The notes beneath the pieces are model-generated. The model was not told where the DNA came from. It was given only the letters and a program-made list of their open reading frames with translations, and did no database searches. The position numbers were made by a program, and so were the translations under genes. Below are positions 13,220-25,844 of a stretch of DNA of 64,000 bases, piece by piece. Source of the stretch: Octopus bimaculoides (taxonomy: Eukaryota); assembly GCF_001194135.2 (NCBI RefSeq), contig NC_069000.1, positions 21,902,997 through 21,966,996 on the forward strand, given 5' to 3'. Position 1 is the stretch's first letter. Every line of letters begins with the position of its first letter.

Positions 13220-14685
13220 AGAATCATCATTTAATGTCCATTTTCCATGCTGGCATGGATTGGATGGTTTGACAAGATCTGGTGAGCCATAGAGTTGCAT
13301 CATGCTCCATGTCAGCTTTGGCATAGTTTTTTATGGCTCTTCACTGTGTACTGGGTGCCTTCTTTTTGTGTTGCCTACACTTGTCAACTTGGATGCGAAA
13401 GAAGAAAAGAGCAAAAAAGGGAAAGGGATAAGACCCTTGGCTAAGTGAGGAAGTATCTGAGAGAGTGGAGAGGAGATTTTATGCTGGTGTCTTGCTATGG
13501 AGAAGATACATAGCTATCCCACATTTTATATAAGGGTCTTCTCTCTTGCACATTTCGTCTGATTCTTCTTGTGCATAATTTCTCTCTCAGTACATTAACA
13601 CTTTGCATTACATGTACACTGACATTGCACATCCAATGAAGCTATATTAGTTTCATTCCTCTCTAGTCTTCATGTGTCCTTTGCATTCAGGGCCCATGTT
13701 TCACTACCACATAGCATTGTGGTTCATACACAAGCATCATACAATCTGCCTTTCACTCGGAAAAAGAGACCTCTTGTTGCCATCAAGGATAATAGCTCTC
13801 AGAGCTTTCTTCATCCTATGTTTATTCTAGCAATTATACTGCTGGATCATCCTTCGCCACTGCTAATTAGGTCACTCAGATAACAGAAACTATTTACTAC
13901 CTCCAGGGAGTCTCCTCGAAAATGTATTCCTCACGTGTCCTTAGTGTTCATTACTCTTGTGCATCTTCCACATGTAAACACTACTTTCTCCATTAGCTTT
14001 TCTGTGATTCTGCTTCTCTTCTTGTGTGCCTATGGCCTGCACTGGGTACAGTATGTGGAGTTCCTGTCTACACCTTTCCGTGCATATTGAGCAAGGCTAT
14101 TTACCTGAAGTGGGTAGAGTTCTGTCTGTTTTCCTGTTTACTAGAGCTTTAGTCTTTGCAAAGTTAACTTTAAGGTCCTTTCATTCCAGCTTTTGCCTCC
14201 TCACCTGGAATTTCTTTTCTATTTCTGTTACTGATTCCACTAAGAGAGTAAATTCATTATCATATAGTAGTTCCTATGCACATCTGGTCTTAGATTCCTC
14301 TGTTATGGCCTACAAAATGATGATGAATAGGGGAGTACTGAGAACTGAGCCCTGGTAAACTCCTATCTTTACTCTAAATTTATCAGTGATCTCATTACTA
14401 ACTCTTACCTTATAGACTGCATCCTTGCACATGGCTTGTGTGGCATTTACAAATCCTCCATCTATCCCTAGCTTTTTCAGAGACCTCCATATCACATAGC
14501 AAGGTACTCTGTTGAAAGCTTTCTGCAGGTAAATTGAATGCCAAGTACAATGGTTTACTCATAGCTAAATACTTCTCCTGATGTTGTCTGATTAACAAGA
14601 TAGCATCAGTAGTACTTCTCCTTGGCACAAAACAAAACTGCATCTCATCTAGCCTAATTCTGTTCTTAATTATACAACACAAAAT
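13220..14685 (-). mobile_element. 5'-truncated RTE LINE (RT to 3' tail), decayed
   Basis: DEMQFCFVPRRSTTDAILLIRQHQEKYL; KIGVYQGSVLSTPLFIIIL; C-terminal WMCNVSVH region; (GAT)n tail at 13225. Confidence 0.9.
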
Positions 14686-14979
14686 GTTAAATATGAAATA
14701 TTTCCATGTACTAGTGATTTTGTCTGTAAAAATAATTTAACTTTTGATTTAATTAAGCAGGTCATAATCAAGTATTTGATATGTATGGAAAAACAGTTCT
14801 GCAAATATTTTCTACTAGACATATACAATTGTAAATCAGATTGTGTCTAAATTTCATTCATTGTAGCACTGGAACAGGTAAAACATCTTTGAAGGTTCAA
14901 AAATTTGCAGAGCTCTCATACAATTCAAGTCTCTGGCCTGAATTTCCAAAAGCAAACTTGGGCATTTTTTGGCTGAGTC

Positions 14980-15110
14980 ATCATCATTATTTAGCATCCA
15001 TTTTCTAAGCTGGCATGGGTTAGACAGTTTACTGCAACTGGTAAGCTGGAAGACTGCACCAGGCTTCAGTCTATTTTGGCTGGATGCCTTTCCTAATGCC
15101 AACCACTCCA
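14980..15110 (-). mobile_element. RTE 3' tail
   Basis: CATCATTATTTAGCATCCATTTTC...GGATGCCTTTCCTAATGCCAACCAC. Confidence 0.75.
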
Positions 15111-16051
15111 ATTCTGTCTGAATTAGCAATTGTCACTTTTCTGTCTTCCTTTTATATATTTATGTAAAGTTGTACTTCTAGCTTTAATAGCGCAAAGACA
15201 AAAATACTTCTCAACTATTAAGACCATATCAAATTCTTTTAAGCACATCACTTACAAATATAAGCCACAGTTAGTTTGATGCCTTGTCCTCCAAGAAGCA
15301 AATACACTCCACTGCAGATATTCATCTGTTCTTTTTCTGTTTATTAGTTAGATTTTGTACTATCTTGGACCTACATTGTTTTATATTTTCATAATTTCAG
15401 TTTGTTTTTAGTATTATTTTTTAAAATTCTTTTATTAAGCTGAGAGAAGGTCATGAGACTATATGAAGAAAGGAGTCACAAGAGAAGAACATTTAAGGAA
15501 CAATGCTGTAGACAATTGGTTGGAATCAATAAAAGAGTGAAAGCAAAGTCTTTTGTAGTGGATAATGCTTCCTAATTCCAGACACTTCAAATTTTCTGGG
15601 GATTTTCTCCATTATCATGGGAAACATAATTGATTGGCTTTAAGATAAAAAAAAAATGCCTGGGGCTTTTACAACTTTACTGTATTCATGTAAGTTTTGC
15701 AAATAATTACAAGGCTGCTATAGTAGTTTGTACTCAGCTTTAAAAAATTGCTCCCAAAATTAATGTAGTGAGAAGAAGGTATTGGTCTTGGGAGAGGAAA
15801 AGATGGTCTGGATGCTCTGACAAAAAGTTAATTTTCTGACCAAAGATATCATAATTATTATAATCACATAAGATGTGCTTTATTTCCTTTTCATGCACAA
15901 ATATATATAACTATCTTGACATTGGCTTACTTGTTCCAGTCAAAGCATCTAACCCATGCCAGCATGGAAAGTGGACGTTAAATGATGATGATGACAATGA
16001 TAGGATAAGGCATTACCTATGTGGTAATATATGTGTGTGTGTGTATGTGTG

Positions 16052-16102
<51 letters not shown>

Positions 16103-17449
16103 CACACACACACACACACATATAAGGAATACTGTATTGCCACTGTACTATAATTTCAATGTTATCTTCCTTTCTTTTCTTTCTTTTTTTTTTGAACTGA
16201 TAGAAAAAAAATTTGGCTAGTCTTTCTAGCAAGTTGAGGCACCACGTACAGGCTCCTGCACAGATAGGATTGATTTATAAAATATTAGTTATTGTGTGTA
16301 TCTGCGTGTCTTTCTGCTTCTTTAGCTTTTATTGTAGTAGATGTAATTTGTAAATGTAAGCTCAGGACATCCCAAGAGCAATTGTGTTCATCCAATAGAG
16401 ATATAATTAGAACATTTGTTGATGGCTGCCAATACCTAAAGCTATTGTCGTGCTGCCAAGAACTTTACTATAAACCCGGCTTAATCTTATTTAACTCATT
16501 GTACTCATCAATAAATGAGTTAGCCTATCAAAGCTAACCATTTCTGCCTATAATCAGAGAAAATGTGATGGCAACACATTCCCCAACCCATCACTTATTT
16601 AGATTGAACTCCCTAATATAGAATATTACAGACAAGCAGCTAGAATTGTTGAAAACTAAATTTACTTTCTTCTAATGTTCTTCCTCTTCTCTGTCTACCT
16701 TTGGTAACAGCTCATAATCAGCAAGAACAATAGTAGATGTAAACAAAACATTTGATTTTGTTTTCTTGATTACTACATTGTGTCTTCACTCTTCTATAAC
16801 CGTATTTCAATGAAATACATTGCTTGTGTGTGTGTCGATTAATTTTGAAAATAATCAACTATTTAGAACTGCTTTCAGAAATAAATTCTGTCAGTACTTG
16901 TTGTTTAATCGCAGAGAAGCCCTCACTGACCTGAACAGAACTGTGACGAAATATATTCAAGCCATCAACATCCCAACTTTTTTCATGAATATTGCATTCC
17001 TAGGACAATACAATCCAATGTCTGTATGTGTATAATTAGATGAATTTACTTGCTTTTTTTTGTAAATTGATCAACCTCTCCCCTACATGGAGGTTCTGCA
17101 GTTAGATTGTCATTAATTAATAAATTAAGCTGATGTTTAGAGTATAACTTAATAAATATGATTCTTATATGAGATTATGATAGGGAAAATTTTCATTTAA
17201 AGTTTAACACGTTAAAACAAGTACTTCAGTATTGCAAAGCAATCCAGGCTGGTATTGAAAGAGTTAAGCAATATAGTGGTGTCATTATTGCTTTATAAAT
17301 GTTACATCCACCAACTTGTTTTACTGTTACAAAATTTTAACTGTAAACCATCATTCAAGTAACGTAATAATTGTTCTACAAGTACTGTATGTTTAAATAA
17401 ACAGTAGAGTTTTTAACTGCTTCCCTTGCGCTTAGTTTCTGCTCTTCCA

Positions 17450-17746
17450 TTTACCCCTATGTACACACGTAATCACACACTGACACTTAATTTTCTCTCT
17501 CCGTTATATATCTGAACCATGCTTTGTCCCACATAGAAATAATTTGTGTGTATGTGCGTGCATACGCGCTATAGTTACAAAAGTGACTTAAGGAAGAGAA
17601 TTTTGTCCATAACACTAACAAATAAATATACGCGCGCTCGCAGGTTTGGTGGAACAAGTAGGAGAAAATAAAACTCAATATATAAATAAGTGCTGTGCCT
17701 GAAACTCTTGGCCATCGAGTCACTTTTGAGACTTTTCGACCAATTG

Positions 17747-17781
<35 letters not shown>

Positions 17782-18531
17782 CTAATTTGGTCTCCCCTTT
17801 CTTTTCATCCTATGTTACAGTCAAATTCCGCTGTAGCCACGTCGTGTTTGCCATTAAAGGGAATAAATACATTATTGTTGTAATGAAAGGTTAAAAGCTA
17901 TGTCACAAACAGGGAGGTCTCTTCGTTTCTGTTGATTTATTTATTTTGCGATTATGTCATGAAGTGACTGCCAATTCCAAGGTACATAACTCTTTCCTAA
18001 GTAGTAAGGAAGAGTTATGCACCTTCAATTTTCTTTTTCTTTTTCCCTCATAAATTACGTTTGTTCTTCCAGCATTTAGCAAAAATTGTTCGCGTTGGCG
18101 ATTAAAATGTTTTGTAGTATTTAATTACATCTCTTTAAGTTCTAAGTTCAGATCCTACTTAGGAGAGCAATGCCATTCATCCTTCTGCAAATCGATAAAA
18201 GTGCCGGTCATGTAATTCGAACTGTATGGTTTCCTTCTTAATAACGCTTCTTTACGTTCTGTGTTCAAACCTCTATAAAGTTAACTTTAGCTTTCTTTTT
18301 TGGGATGTCAGTTTGATGAACTACAATCCTTCCCCTCAATGAAGGGATCCTGTCGTCAATGCAGTGAATTCCAGAATCGGTAGTGTTCTCTTTTCTTTTC
18401 TTCTGATTTTGATTCCAGCCACACTTATATTTGTATTTTGACGGTCGGGTGATATAAATACCAGCCAAGCCCTGGAGTCGATTTCTTCCACCATGCCCCA
18501 AAATATGTCGCCATGTGCCAAAATTTGAGAC

Positions 18532-18575
<44 letters not shown>

Positions 18576-18700
18576 GAAACAAAGCTCCGGTTTGGTCTTA
18601 TTCCTGGTTGGATTTTATGTGGGTAGTGGGTTACTACCTGTAATCTTAGGTATCCACACGTTTTCAGCGGTCTTTTAAGTACTTAGAACCCTCCTAATAA
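17450..18700. promoter_or_regulatory. CpG-retaining patch, possible promoter region
   Basis: Many CG dinucleotides (TACGCGCGCTCGC, CACGTCGTG, TTCGCGTTGGCG) against CpG-poor flanks. Confidence 0.3.
18450..18570 (+). mobile_element. Family A SINE 3' fragment with (ATT)n tail
   Basis: ATAAATACCAG...GGAGTCGAT...TGTGCCAAAATTTGAGAC then (ATT)n. Confidence 0.7.
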
Positions 18701-18830
18701 TCCTTGCTGTTCCTAAGAGGCAAATTTTCTGTAGGAGCTCTGCCAGGCATTTTATTTCAATCTCCTTCAGCCATTTGTCTATATCTTGGCTTACTGTTCC
18801 CAATGCACCAATTATTATAGGCACGACCTT
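18571..18830 (-). mobile_element. R4/Dong-clade LINE 3' end (restriction-like endonuclease C-terminus)
   Basis: KVVPIIIGALGTVSQDIDKWLKEIEIKCLAELLQKICLLGTARIIRRVLST*, flanked by (TAA)n. Confidence 0.85.
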
Positions 18831-18893
<63 letters not shown>

Positions 18894-19125
18894 GAAGACA
18901 TCACATAGTATCCAATATTGCAATGCTGTAAGATTGAAGATACTGTGTGCAGTGGAGGTTTGTACTGTCTGTCAAATCACAGCAAAGATCACAGACAGTA
19001 CTTTATGCAGTTCCAAGTAAAGCTTGGAATACACCAAGATCATTGAGTATCTCTAAAGTGTCCAGATGTTTCTTCATGCTGGGTGGTATTGATCCCAGTG
19101 CTCCAATGACAACAGGAACAAACTT
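18894..19125 (-). mobile_element. Second R4/Dong 3' end, different subfamily
   Basis: KFVPVVIGALGSIPPSMKKHLDTLEI...ALLGTA; 3' end abuts (TAA)n at 18831-18893. Confidence 0.8.
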
Positions 19126-19640
19126 TCATTATCATTATTTCACTAGTCATATTTTTTGCATACTCTTACTGTACAAGCCTGTGAATCTCTGTGTGCTATA
19201 GGTATCTAGGGTTTTGTTTCTATTGTATTGTGCTATTTTGTGTATGTTGTGTGTGTGTGTAAGTCTTGGGGTTTGGGGTTATGTTTTTGTCTGCATTTTC
19301 TTAAGTCATTCCCAAGGTACCTCTTTTTATCAGGATTGTTTCTATTTTCAATCCTCACATTCTGGTTATTTCTATTTCCAGGTCTTTATATTTGGTAAAT
19401 TTCTTCATTTCTTTTGGATATTGGGACTGGTAATTGAATCAAAAGTCATTGCTCTTTCCTGCTGGTCCTTGACAACACTATCTGGTATATTTTCTGTAAT
19501 TTCTTTCTGTACTAGATTCAGAATATGGTCACTTTGACGTTCACAGTGATCTATTCTCTACTGTTTCTGTCCCTTAGCATTCAACAGTGATGGTGTAGTT
19601 TCCTGTGTATTCAAAGTCCTGATTGGTAGAATTGTTTGAG
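19126..19640 (-). mobile_element. Third R4/Dong 3' fragment with PD-(D/E)xK endonuclease region
   Basis: (P)DSVVKDQQER...FTKYKDLEIEITRM*GLKIETI...GTLGM...NIHKIA, with frameshifts. Confidence 0.75.
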
Positions 19641-21369
19641 TATTTCTTGGAATTTTGTTGATTCTGAAGTCAAATTTTGTCAAGATCAACTAACAGTGAT
19701 ATCCATTAATCCTGCCCTATCAAAATTCTAGCCTTGTGCCTGAATCAGAAATGATTACTATCATTATTGGCCTAGCCTTCCTCAACTTTCACTTGACAAC
19801 AAAAGTGAGGGTAAAGAGAGAAGTGCTACCTTCCAGCAAATTTGTTTAAAGGTGAGTGGATGTGGCAACGATAGTCTGAGTGAATAGGCCTACTCTAAGC
19901 ATGTGCCTGTAGATTGAAGGGAAAACATTAGAGAGCACTTAGGTTAGTGGTCTGGGAACCATGGTTTTGTGGGGATTTCCACAAACAGCCCTAGGAAGTC
20001 TCCCTCTTTTGGGGAATTATTCAGTGTTGAAATTTATATTTACTGTTGTTCTTTTCATTCACTCCTTTATGTAAACCCCTCATTGTATCATCCTGTACTG
20101 TCCTCAGTGTTTTTGTGAACCCTTTAGTGGTCAATAAAGAAAACGTTATTAATAGTATCATTATCAAGTGCCAAATAGAATACCTTGTGGTATTTAGTTA
20201 TACCCATCAACATTAAGAGTTTAAAACTTGTCAAGATCAAATTTTATTTCCCATTTTTTCAAGGTCAGTAAAATGCATACCGTTGAAGTATCACTGGGTT
20301 AATTTATGCAAATAATCCCACACCTTCCCAATTTTTGTTCCTGTTAATTCATCTTAAAATGGTTTAGAACTCTGGTACTGCATTTTCTGTAAACTTAAAG
20401 CATGTATATGAAGAGTGGGAGGCAGGGGGTAGGGGCAAGAGAGAGAGAGAGTGATGTGACTGTGATGGTAAATTAAATGGTGCTAGTAAGGAAGGAAAGA
20501 AGGTGAAGGACAGTGAAGTGGAAGTGAATGTCAGCCACAGAAGTATTTAAAAGTAATAATCTGAAAACAAAAGCATGATTGTCGGTAAAGATAAATGCTT
20601 TCCTGTCATCTCTACCCTAACTCATATACATGGGTTTTTTTTTTATTATGCAGTACACAAAATATTCAAAATTAAAATGATACCTCACAGACTGCAAGTA
20701 TTTTCACAACTGGCTTTGTCTCCTGTCTTGATTTTAAAAGCTTCACTCTGTTCTGCACTTGAGGATGTGTGTAGACATATACAGATGTACACTATATGTT
20801 CAGAATATTTATCAAAATAAACCCAATGCAGAACCTCCATGTGCTTGCTTTCTCTGCAAGAATTAGTGCCCAAATCTTTCTCAAAATATAATCCCATGTC
20901 TTTAAAAAACATAAAGGCAGTACATATTAGCCACTCTTTGAATCTCTTTGATCATAGGTATGTTGGATGGGGGTCTTACCTGGAGCTAAACAACAACATA
21001 TAAGATCTTAAAAATAGTGGCCATATTGTATATTCATCCCCTGCTCTAGTAAAACAAATAGGATCAGTTAGTTACTTAACCTCTTTATGATCCAAGAGAT
21101 GCATCAATCGGTGATGAGTTTTACTGCTCTTAGGGGGAACTGAATTTTTAGAGAGTAATGGTCATGGCTTTCCAAAAGCATCATCAACATGAAGTCAAAA
21201 AAGGGCAACTAGGAGCTGAAACCAAAGTCAGGGGCTTGCTTTACTGTGAACTCACCTTCTCCTGAGCAGTGTATCAATGACACTTAACACACTAAAATAT
21301 ATAACAAATCGAAGTTTATGTCTTTTGGGGTTGGCTTGTTTTGTTTCTCATTTATTTGATAATAATTTA

Positions 21370-22105
21370 GTACTTATAATTATTTCAAATTTTGGCACAA
21401 GGTCAGCAACTTTAGATTAGTGGGTTATGTTGGCCCTTGTACTTCACCGGTAAAGTATTTTATCATCCCCAAAAGGATGAAACATAAAGTTGACTTAAGC
21501 ACTATTTGAACTTAGAATGTAAAGAGTTGCAATAAATGATACCAAGTATTTTGTAGTAGTAGTAGTAGAAAACCCTTCTACTACAGACATAAGGCCTGAA
21601 ATTTTGAGGGAGGAGTCTAGTTGATTTCATGGACTCCAGTACTCAACTGGTACTTATTTTATTGACCCCCAAAAGGATGAAAGGCAAAGTTGACTTCAGT
21701 GACATTTGATCTGCTATAGGCACAAGGCCTGAAATTTTGGGAGAGGGGGCCCAGTTGATTACATCGACTCCAGTGCGTGACTGGTACTTATTTCACTGAC
21801 ACCCCCCCTCCCCTCTCCGAAAGGATGAAATGCAAAGTCAACCTCAGTGGAACTTAAACTCAGAGCATAATGACAGATGAAATGCTATTAAGCATTTTAC
21901 CTGGCATGCTAACAATTCTGCCAGCTTGCCATAATGATAATAGCAATAATGGTTTCAAATTTTACCACAAGGGCAGCAATTCGGGGGGAGGGGAGGAGTT
22001 GATTACATCAACCCTGAAAGGATGAAAGACAAAGTCGACCTTGGCGGAATCTGAACCGCTAAGCATTTCATTCAGCGTGCTAATGATTCTGCCATCCTGC
22101 CACCG
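21370..22105 (-). mobile_element. Four family A SINEs stacked head-to-tail
   Basis: Four successive AGGATGAAA---AAAGT-GAC blocks near 21475, 21675, 21825 and 22020. Confidence 0.85.
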
Positions 22106-22992
22106 TATATAATAATAGTAATAATAATAACAATAGGTTGGTGTTTTATGAGGTTGTACTTTATTGCTGGATGCCATTCCTGGTGCCTACTCTTTACCTC
22201 TTACAACAAGCAGGGCTATTCACACACACACACACACACATGCACACACACACACGCACACGCACACACACACGCACACACACACACTAGTTTGGTCTAA
22301 TAAATTCAAAAGAGTCCTCAGTTAAGGTAGAATACATTTGTTTGTATAAATTTGGTGGTTTACTCTGCTTGCTGTTCAGTGTTTCTCACCTGATAGAATC
22401 CTCCAGTCAGCAATAAATATTTTTGTTTTCACCTGAATGATCCCGTTAAGTGAAAAGTTCCAAATAACTGCAACTTCAGCCACTAGCTTCAAACACACAT
22501 ACACACACAGGTCAAATCAGCCCCTTGCTACTCTGTGTCTTGGGTACTCAAGATCTCCAGGCAAGTTCTGGCTTGTGCAATTTATGTCATAACCATCCTG
22601 AATACTCTATGTACCCATGGGTACAGAGTAGCAAGAAACTGACTTGACCAGAATAAAATGTTATTAATCTCTAATATGGTATCGAGTACTATTTTTTGTG
22701 GCTATCAACACTAAAGGGGTATATGTATATAATGGTCACATGCATTGGACACACCCATAAGTATACATCTCACACACACTCATCAACAAGACATACAAAG
22801 GTTAAAAAGAAAAGTGTTAACTGGGAGAAAGAATTATGAAATAAATCCATTGACATTTAGCTTCTCCATATATTTCACACAAGGTGTGCAACTGAGAAGT
22901 CAGCAGCATTTGCCTCGTACCAGAAGTGCATTATACATAAGTGCAATATAAAACTGTAAATGCATTATCTGGTATGTGAGAAAATGTGGCCT

Positions 22993-23645
22993 AAACACCT
23001 GTTGTACACCATCTTGCTGATTTAGCTATCACAGTCAACAAACACTTGTTGTACAGCGTCTCTCTGATATAGCTATCACAGTCCACAAATACTTGTTGCA
23101 CATCATTTCTCACAATTGACAAACACCTGTAGTACATGTTTTCATGGATGTAGCTTTTGCAGTAGACCTACGCCTGTTGCATACTATCTCATTATGTAGC
23201 TATCACATCTGACAAACACCTGCTGTATACCATTTCATTGATGTAGCTACAACAGTTGACAAACACCTGTTGTATATCATCTTTCTGATGTAGCTATCAT
23301 GGTTAACACTTATTGTATGCTATCCCATTAATGTAGCCTTCACAATTGACAGACACTTGTTATACACCATCTTGCTGATCTAGCAATGACAGGTAACAAA
23401 CACCTGTTGTACACCATCTCTGATCTAGCTATGACAGTTGACAAACACCTGTTGTGCACCATCTCATTGATGTAGCTTTCACAATTAACAAATATCTGTT
23501 GTATACCATCTCACTGATATAGCTACAGCAGGTAACAAACACTTGTTGTCCACCATCTTTCTGTAGCTGTCACATTTAATAAACACCTGTCATATACTAT
23601 TTCTCCGATGTAACCATCACAGCTAGTAAACACCTCTTGTACATA
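22993..23645. repeat. Degenerate 47-bp minisatellite, about 14 copies
   Basis: Consensus about AAACACCTGTTGTACACCATCTYNCTGATGTAGCTATCACAGTTGAC. Confidence 0.92.
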
Positions 23646-23714
23646 CAACAACCATTAATTAGTAACATTGGCACTGCACTTCATAAAATGGTAGTTAGAG
23701 ATCTGGTTCTCTAA

Positions 23715-23950
23715 TTCAGTTGTTGTTTAGTCTCCTAGTAGTTTTGCTTGAGCTATATTAAACTATGATCAAAGTCATTCCAACCATGACTATCTTGTCA
23801 TTTTTCTTTTTACCTTGTGACAAATTGTTTTTAGGACTGCACTATTGAATGTCTTTTTTTTTTGTGTGTGATTATCTTACAATTTCAAGAAAAACGTATC
23901 TGCTATTTCTAACAGGTAGCGTGACTTGGTAGAAGTGTCCACAATGGCTT
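23715..23950 (-). mobile_element. Interspersed repeat family D
   Basis: CTATGATCAAAGTCATTCCAACCATGAC...CTGCTATTTCTAACAGGT, shared with 28500-28680 and 61180-61400. Confidence 0.6.
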
Positions 23951-24159
23951 AGTCTCCCTCTTTTAGTAACATGCAATGGTACAACCATTTCATATGATAT
24001 TTATATGGATTGGATTGCCCATGTTCAGTCCACTGCAGGACGAGGGCCTCAGCATGTTCTCTCCACCAATGATGGTCTGATGTGCAGGTTTCATGAGCTT
24101 ACACTGCCACACTGCCTCAACATGGCTTGGCAGAGGGATGCAGTTTTCTTTTTTCTATG

Positions 24160-24340
24160 CTCATACCTGGGGGTAGTTAAGTTGATTACATTGAGCCTGG
24201 TGTTTAACTGGTACTTATTTTATCGACCCCCAAAAGGAAGAAAAGCAAAGTCGACTTTGGCAAAATTTGAACTCAGAATATATGGATGGAAGAAATACTG
24301 CTAAGCATTTCACTCAAATTGCTAATGATTCTGCTAGCTC
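24160..24340 (-). mobile_element. Family A SINE
   Basis: GGTACTTATTTTATCGACCCC...AAAGTCGACTTTGGCAAAATTTGAACTCAGAA. Confidence 0.8.
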
Positions 24341-24367
24341 TCTGCTGTTATATATATATATATATAA

Positions 24368-24447
24368 AGCTCTGATGAAACTAAAAGGTTCATATGAGAA
24401 CTCTGCTCTGAGTGCAGTATTTCTTATAGCAGAAACAGCTGTGAGCT
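24368..24447 (+). ncRNA. Degenerate type-I hammerhead ribozyme motif (GUG at the cleavage site)
   Basis: AGCT-CTGATGA-[53 nt]-GAAA-CAGCTG-TG-AGCT. Confidence 0.5.
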
Positions 24448-24924
24448 AATGAAAGTGATAACATAACACCTGTTCTTTTGTCATTAATTTATGTGTGTGT
24501 GTTTTATAAATGCGTAAATTTTATGATTAGGAGAGGAGCATGATTCAAAACCAGCACTCTGAACATGGAATATAGCATATATTTTAGTGAAAACAATATT
24601 TTAAGGACTGTAAATTCATTTCACTATGCACATAATTTTTCACTGAAATACTATGAAAATAGTGATGCAAGTTTGCAGCCCACAAGATGAAGTAAATGTT
24701 GTGTGTGTGTGTGTGTGTGTGTAAAATTAATTGACCAAATGGTAAAATTACCAACTTGATTAATCAATATCAACTCTGGGAAAATGACCCAGACCAGTGC
24801 CACCTCTTCATACCAGACGTCTCAGTTGAGCAATGCAGCATGATTACTTTGCTTGGGTTTTAGTTACATTGTCTTCAGCTTGTTGAAATATCTCATCTGT
24901 GCATGCCATGACAAAAAATGATAT

Positions 24925-25115
24925 TTGTTTCAAATTTTGGCTCAATGCCAGCAAATTCAGGAGAGGGAGTAAGTCGATTACATTGACCCCAATATTCAGC
25001 TGGTACTTATTTTCTTGACCCTAAAATGATGAAAGGTAAAGTTGACCTCAACAGAATTTGGGCTCAGAATGTAAAGACAGACAAAATGCTACTACTAAGC
25101 ATTCTGCCAGCTTAC
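24925..25115 (-). mobile_element. Family A SINE
   Basis: Same diagnostic blocks as the other family A copies. Confidence 0.8.
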
Positions 25116-25444
25116 TGCCCTGTGACGACAGATGATATTAGTAGTTTACTAATTGACAGGCTGATCTGGTCATTGACAGTATGTTGTCTGTTCATCTGCT
25201 CACCATCTTGTGATATCTGCCAGCCATTCATTGAAATAGTCCACATCCCATGAGTTCAACAACATACCCTGGGTCGAGTGGTTACTTGCTATTTAACTCA
25301 TAGCTGGGGTCCTGACAGGTACCACTATCCTGGGTTAGAGTTGACCTGGGAACAGCGGTGGCTAAGAGATGAAACCCTGGAACTGCCGAACCCCACTATC
25401 AGAGGCAGTGCAAAATCATACCTAGGGCTTTTACTGAGAGCTAA

Positions 25445-25660
25445 TAATCCTTTCTACTATAGACACAAAGCCTGAAATTTTAGGGAGGGGGATAGTCAAT
25501 TACATCAATCCCAGTACGCAGCTGGTACTTCTTTTATTGACCCTGAAGGGATGAAAGGCAAAGTTAACCTTGATGGAATCTCAGCTCAGAGCATGAAGAC
25601 AGACGAAATATCACAAAGCATTTCTCCTGGTATACTAACAATTCTGCCAGCTCGCCACCT
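25445..25660 (-). mobile_element. Family A SINE
   Basis: Same diagnostic blocks; head ends GCCAGCTCGCC. Confidence 0.8.
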
Positions 25661-25844
25661 TGAGAGCTAATAATGATAACAATACAAAAAATAGTCAGTT
25701 GAAATTTTGCACAGACAAACTGAAAGGCCTCCCTCAAACACAGCAATGTAAGATACTGGTCTTTGAGTGTCTTAGTCTGAGCCCCATCTCCATGGAGAAG
25801 TTGATCAATTTCCATTATAGCAGTCTTATAACACACTTCGTATC

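Noticed and set aside
11200-14685. One full RTE element made from the endonuclease and RT fragments
   Set aside because: On the minus strand the endonuclease piece lies downstream of the 3' tail, so these are separate insertions
14867-14900. TGTGKTSL Walker-A-like peptide after an AG acceptor
   Set aside because: The frame runs on into an RTE tail with no ATPase context; an 11-nt microexon reading is equally possible and unsupported
16292-17035. Two plus-strand ORFs in the same frame
   Set aside because: Several stops lie between them, no motif is recognised, and all minus frames are also closed
22993-23645. CRISPR-like look of the 47-bp array
   Set aside because: The variable parts are homologous to each other rather than unique spacers; eukaryotic context; no cas genes
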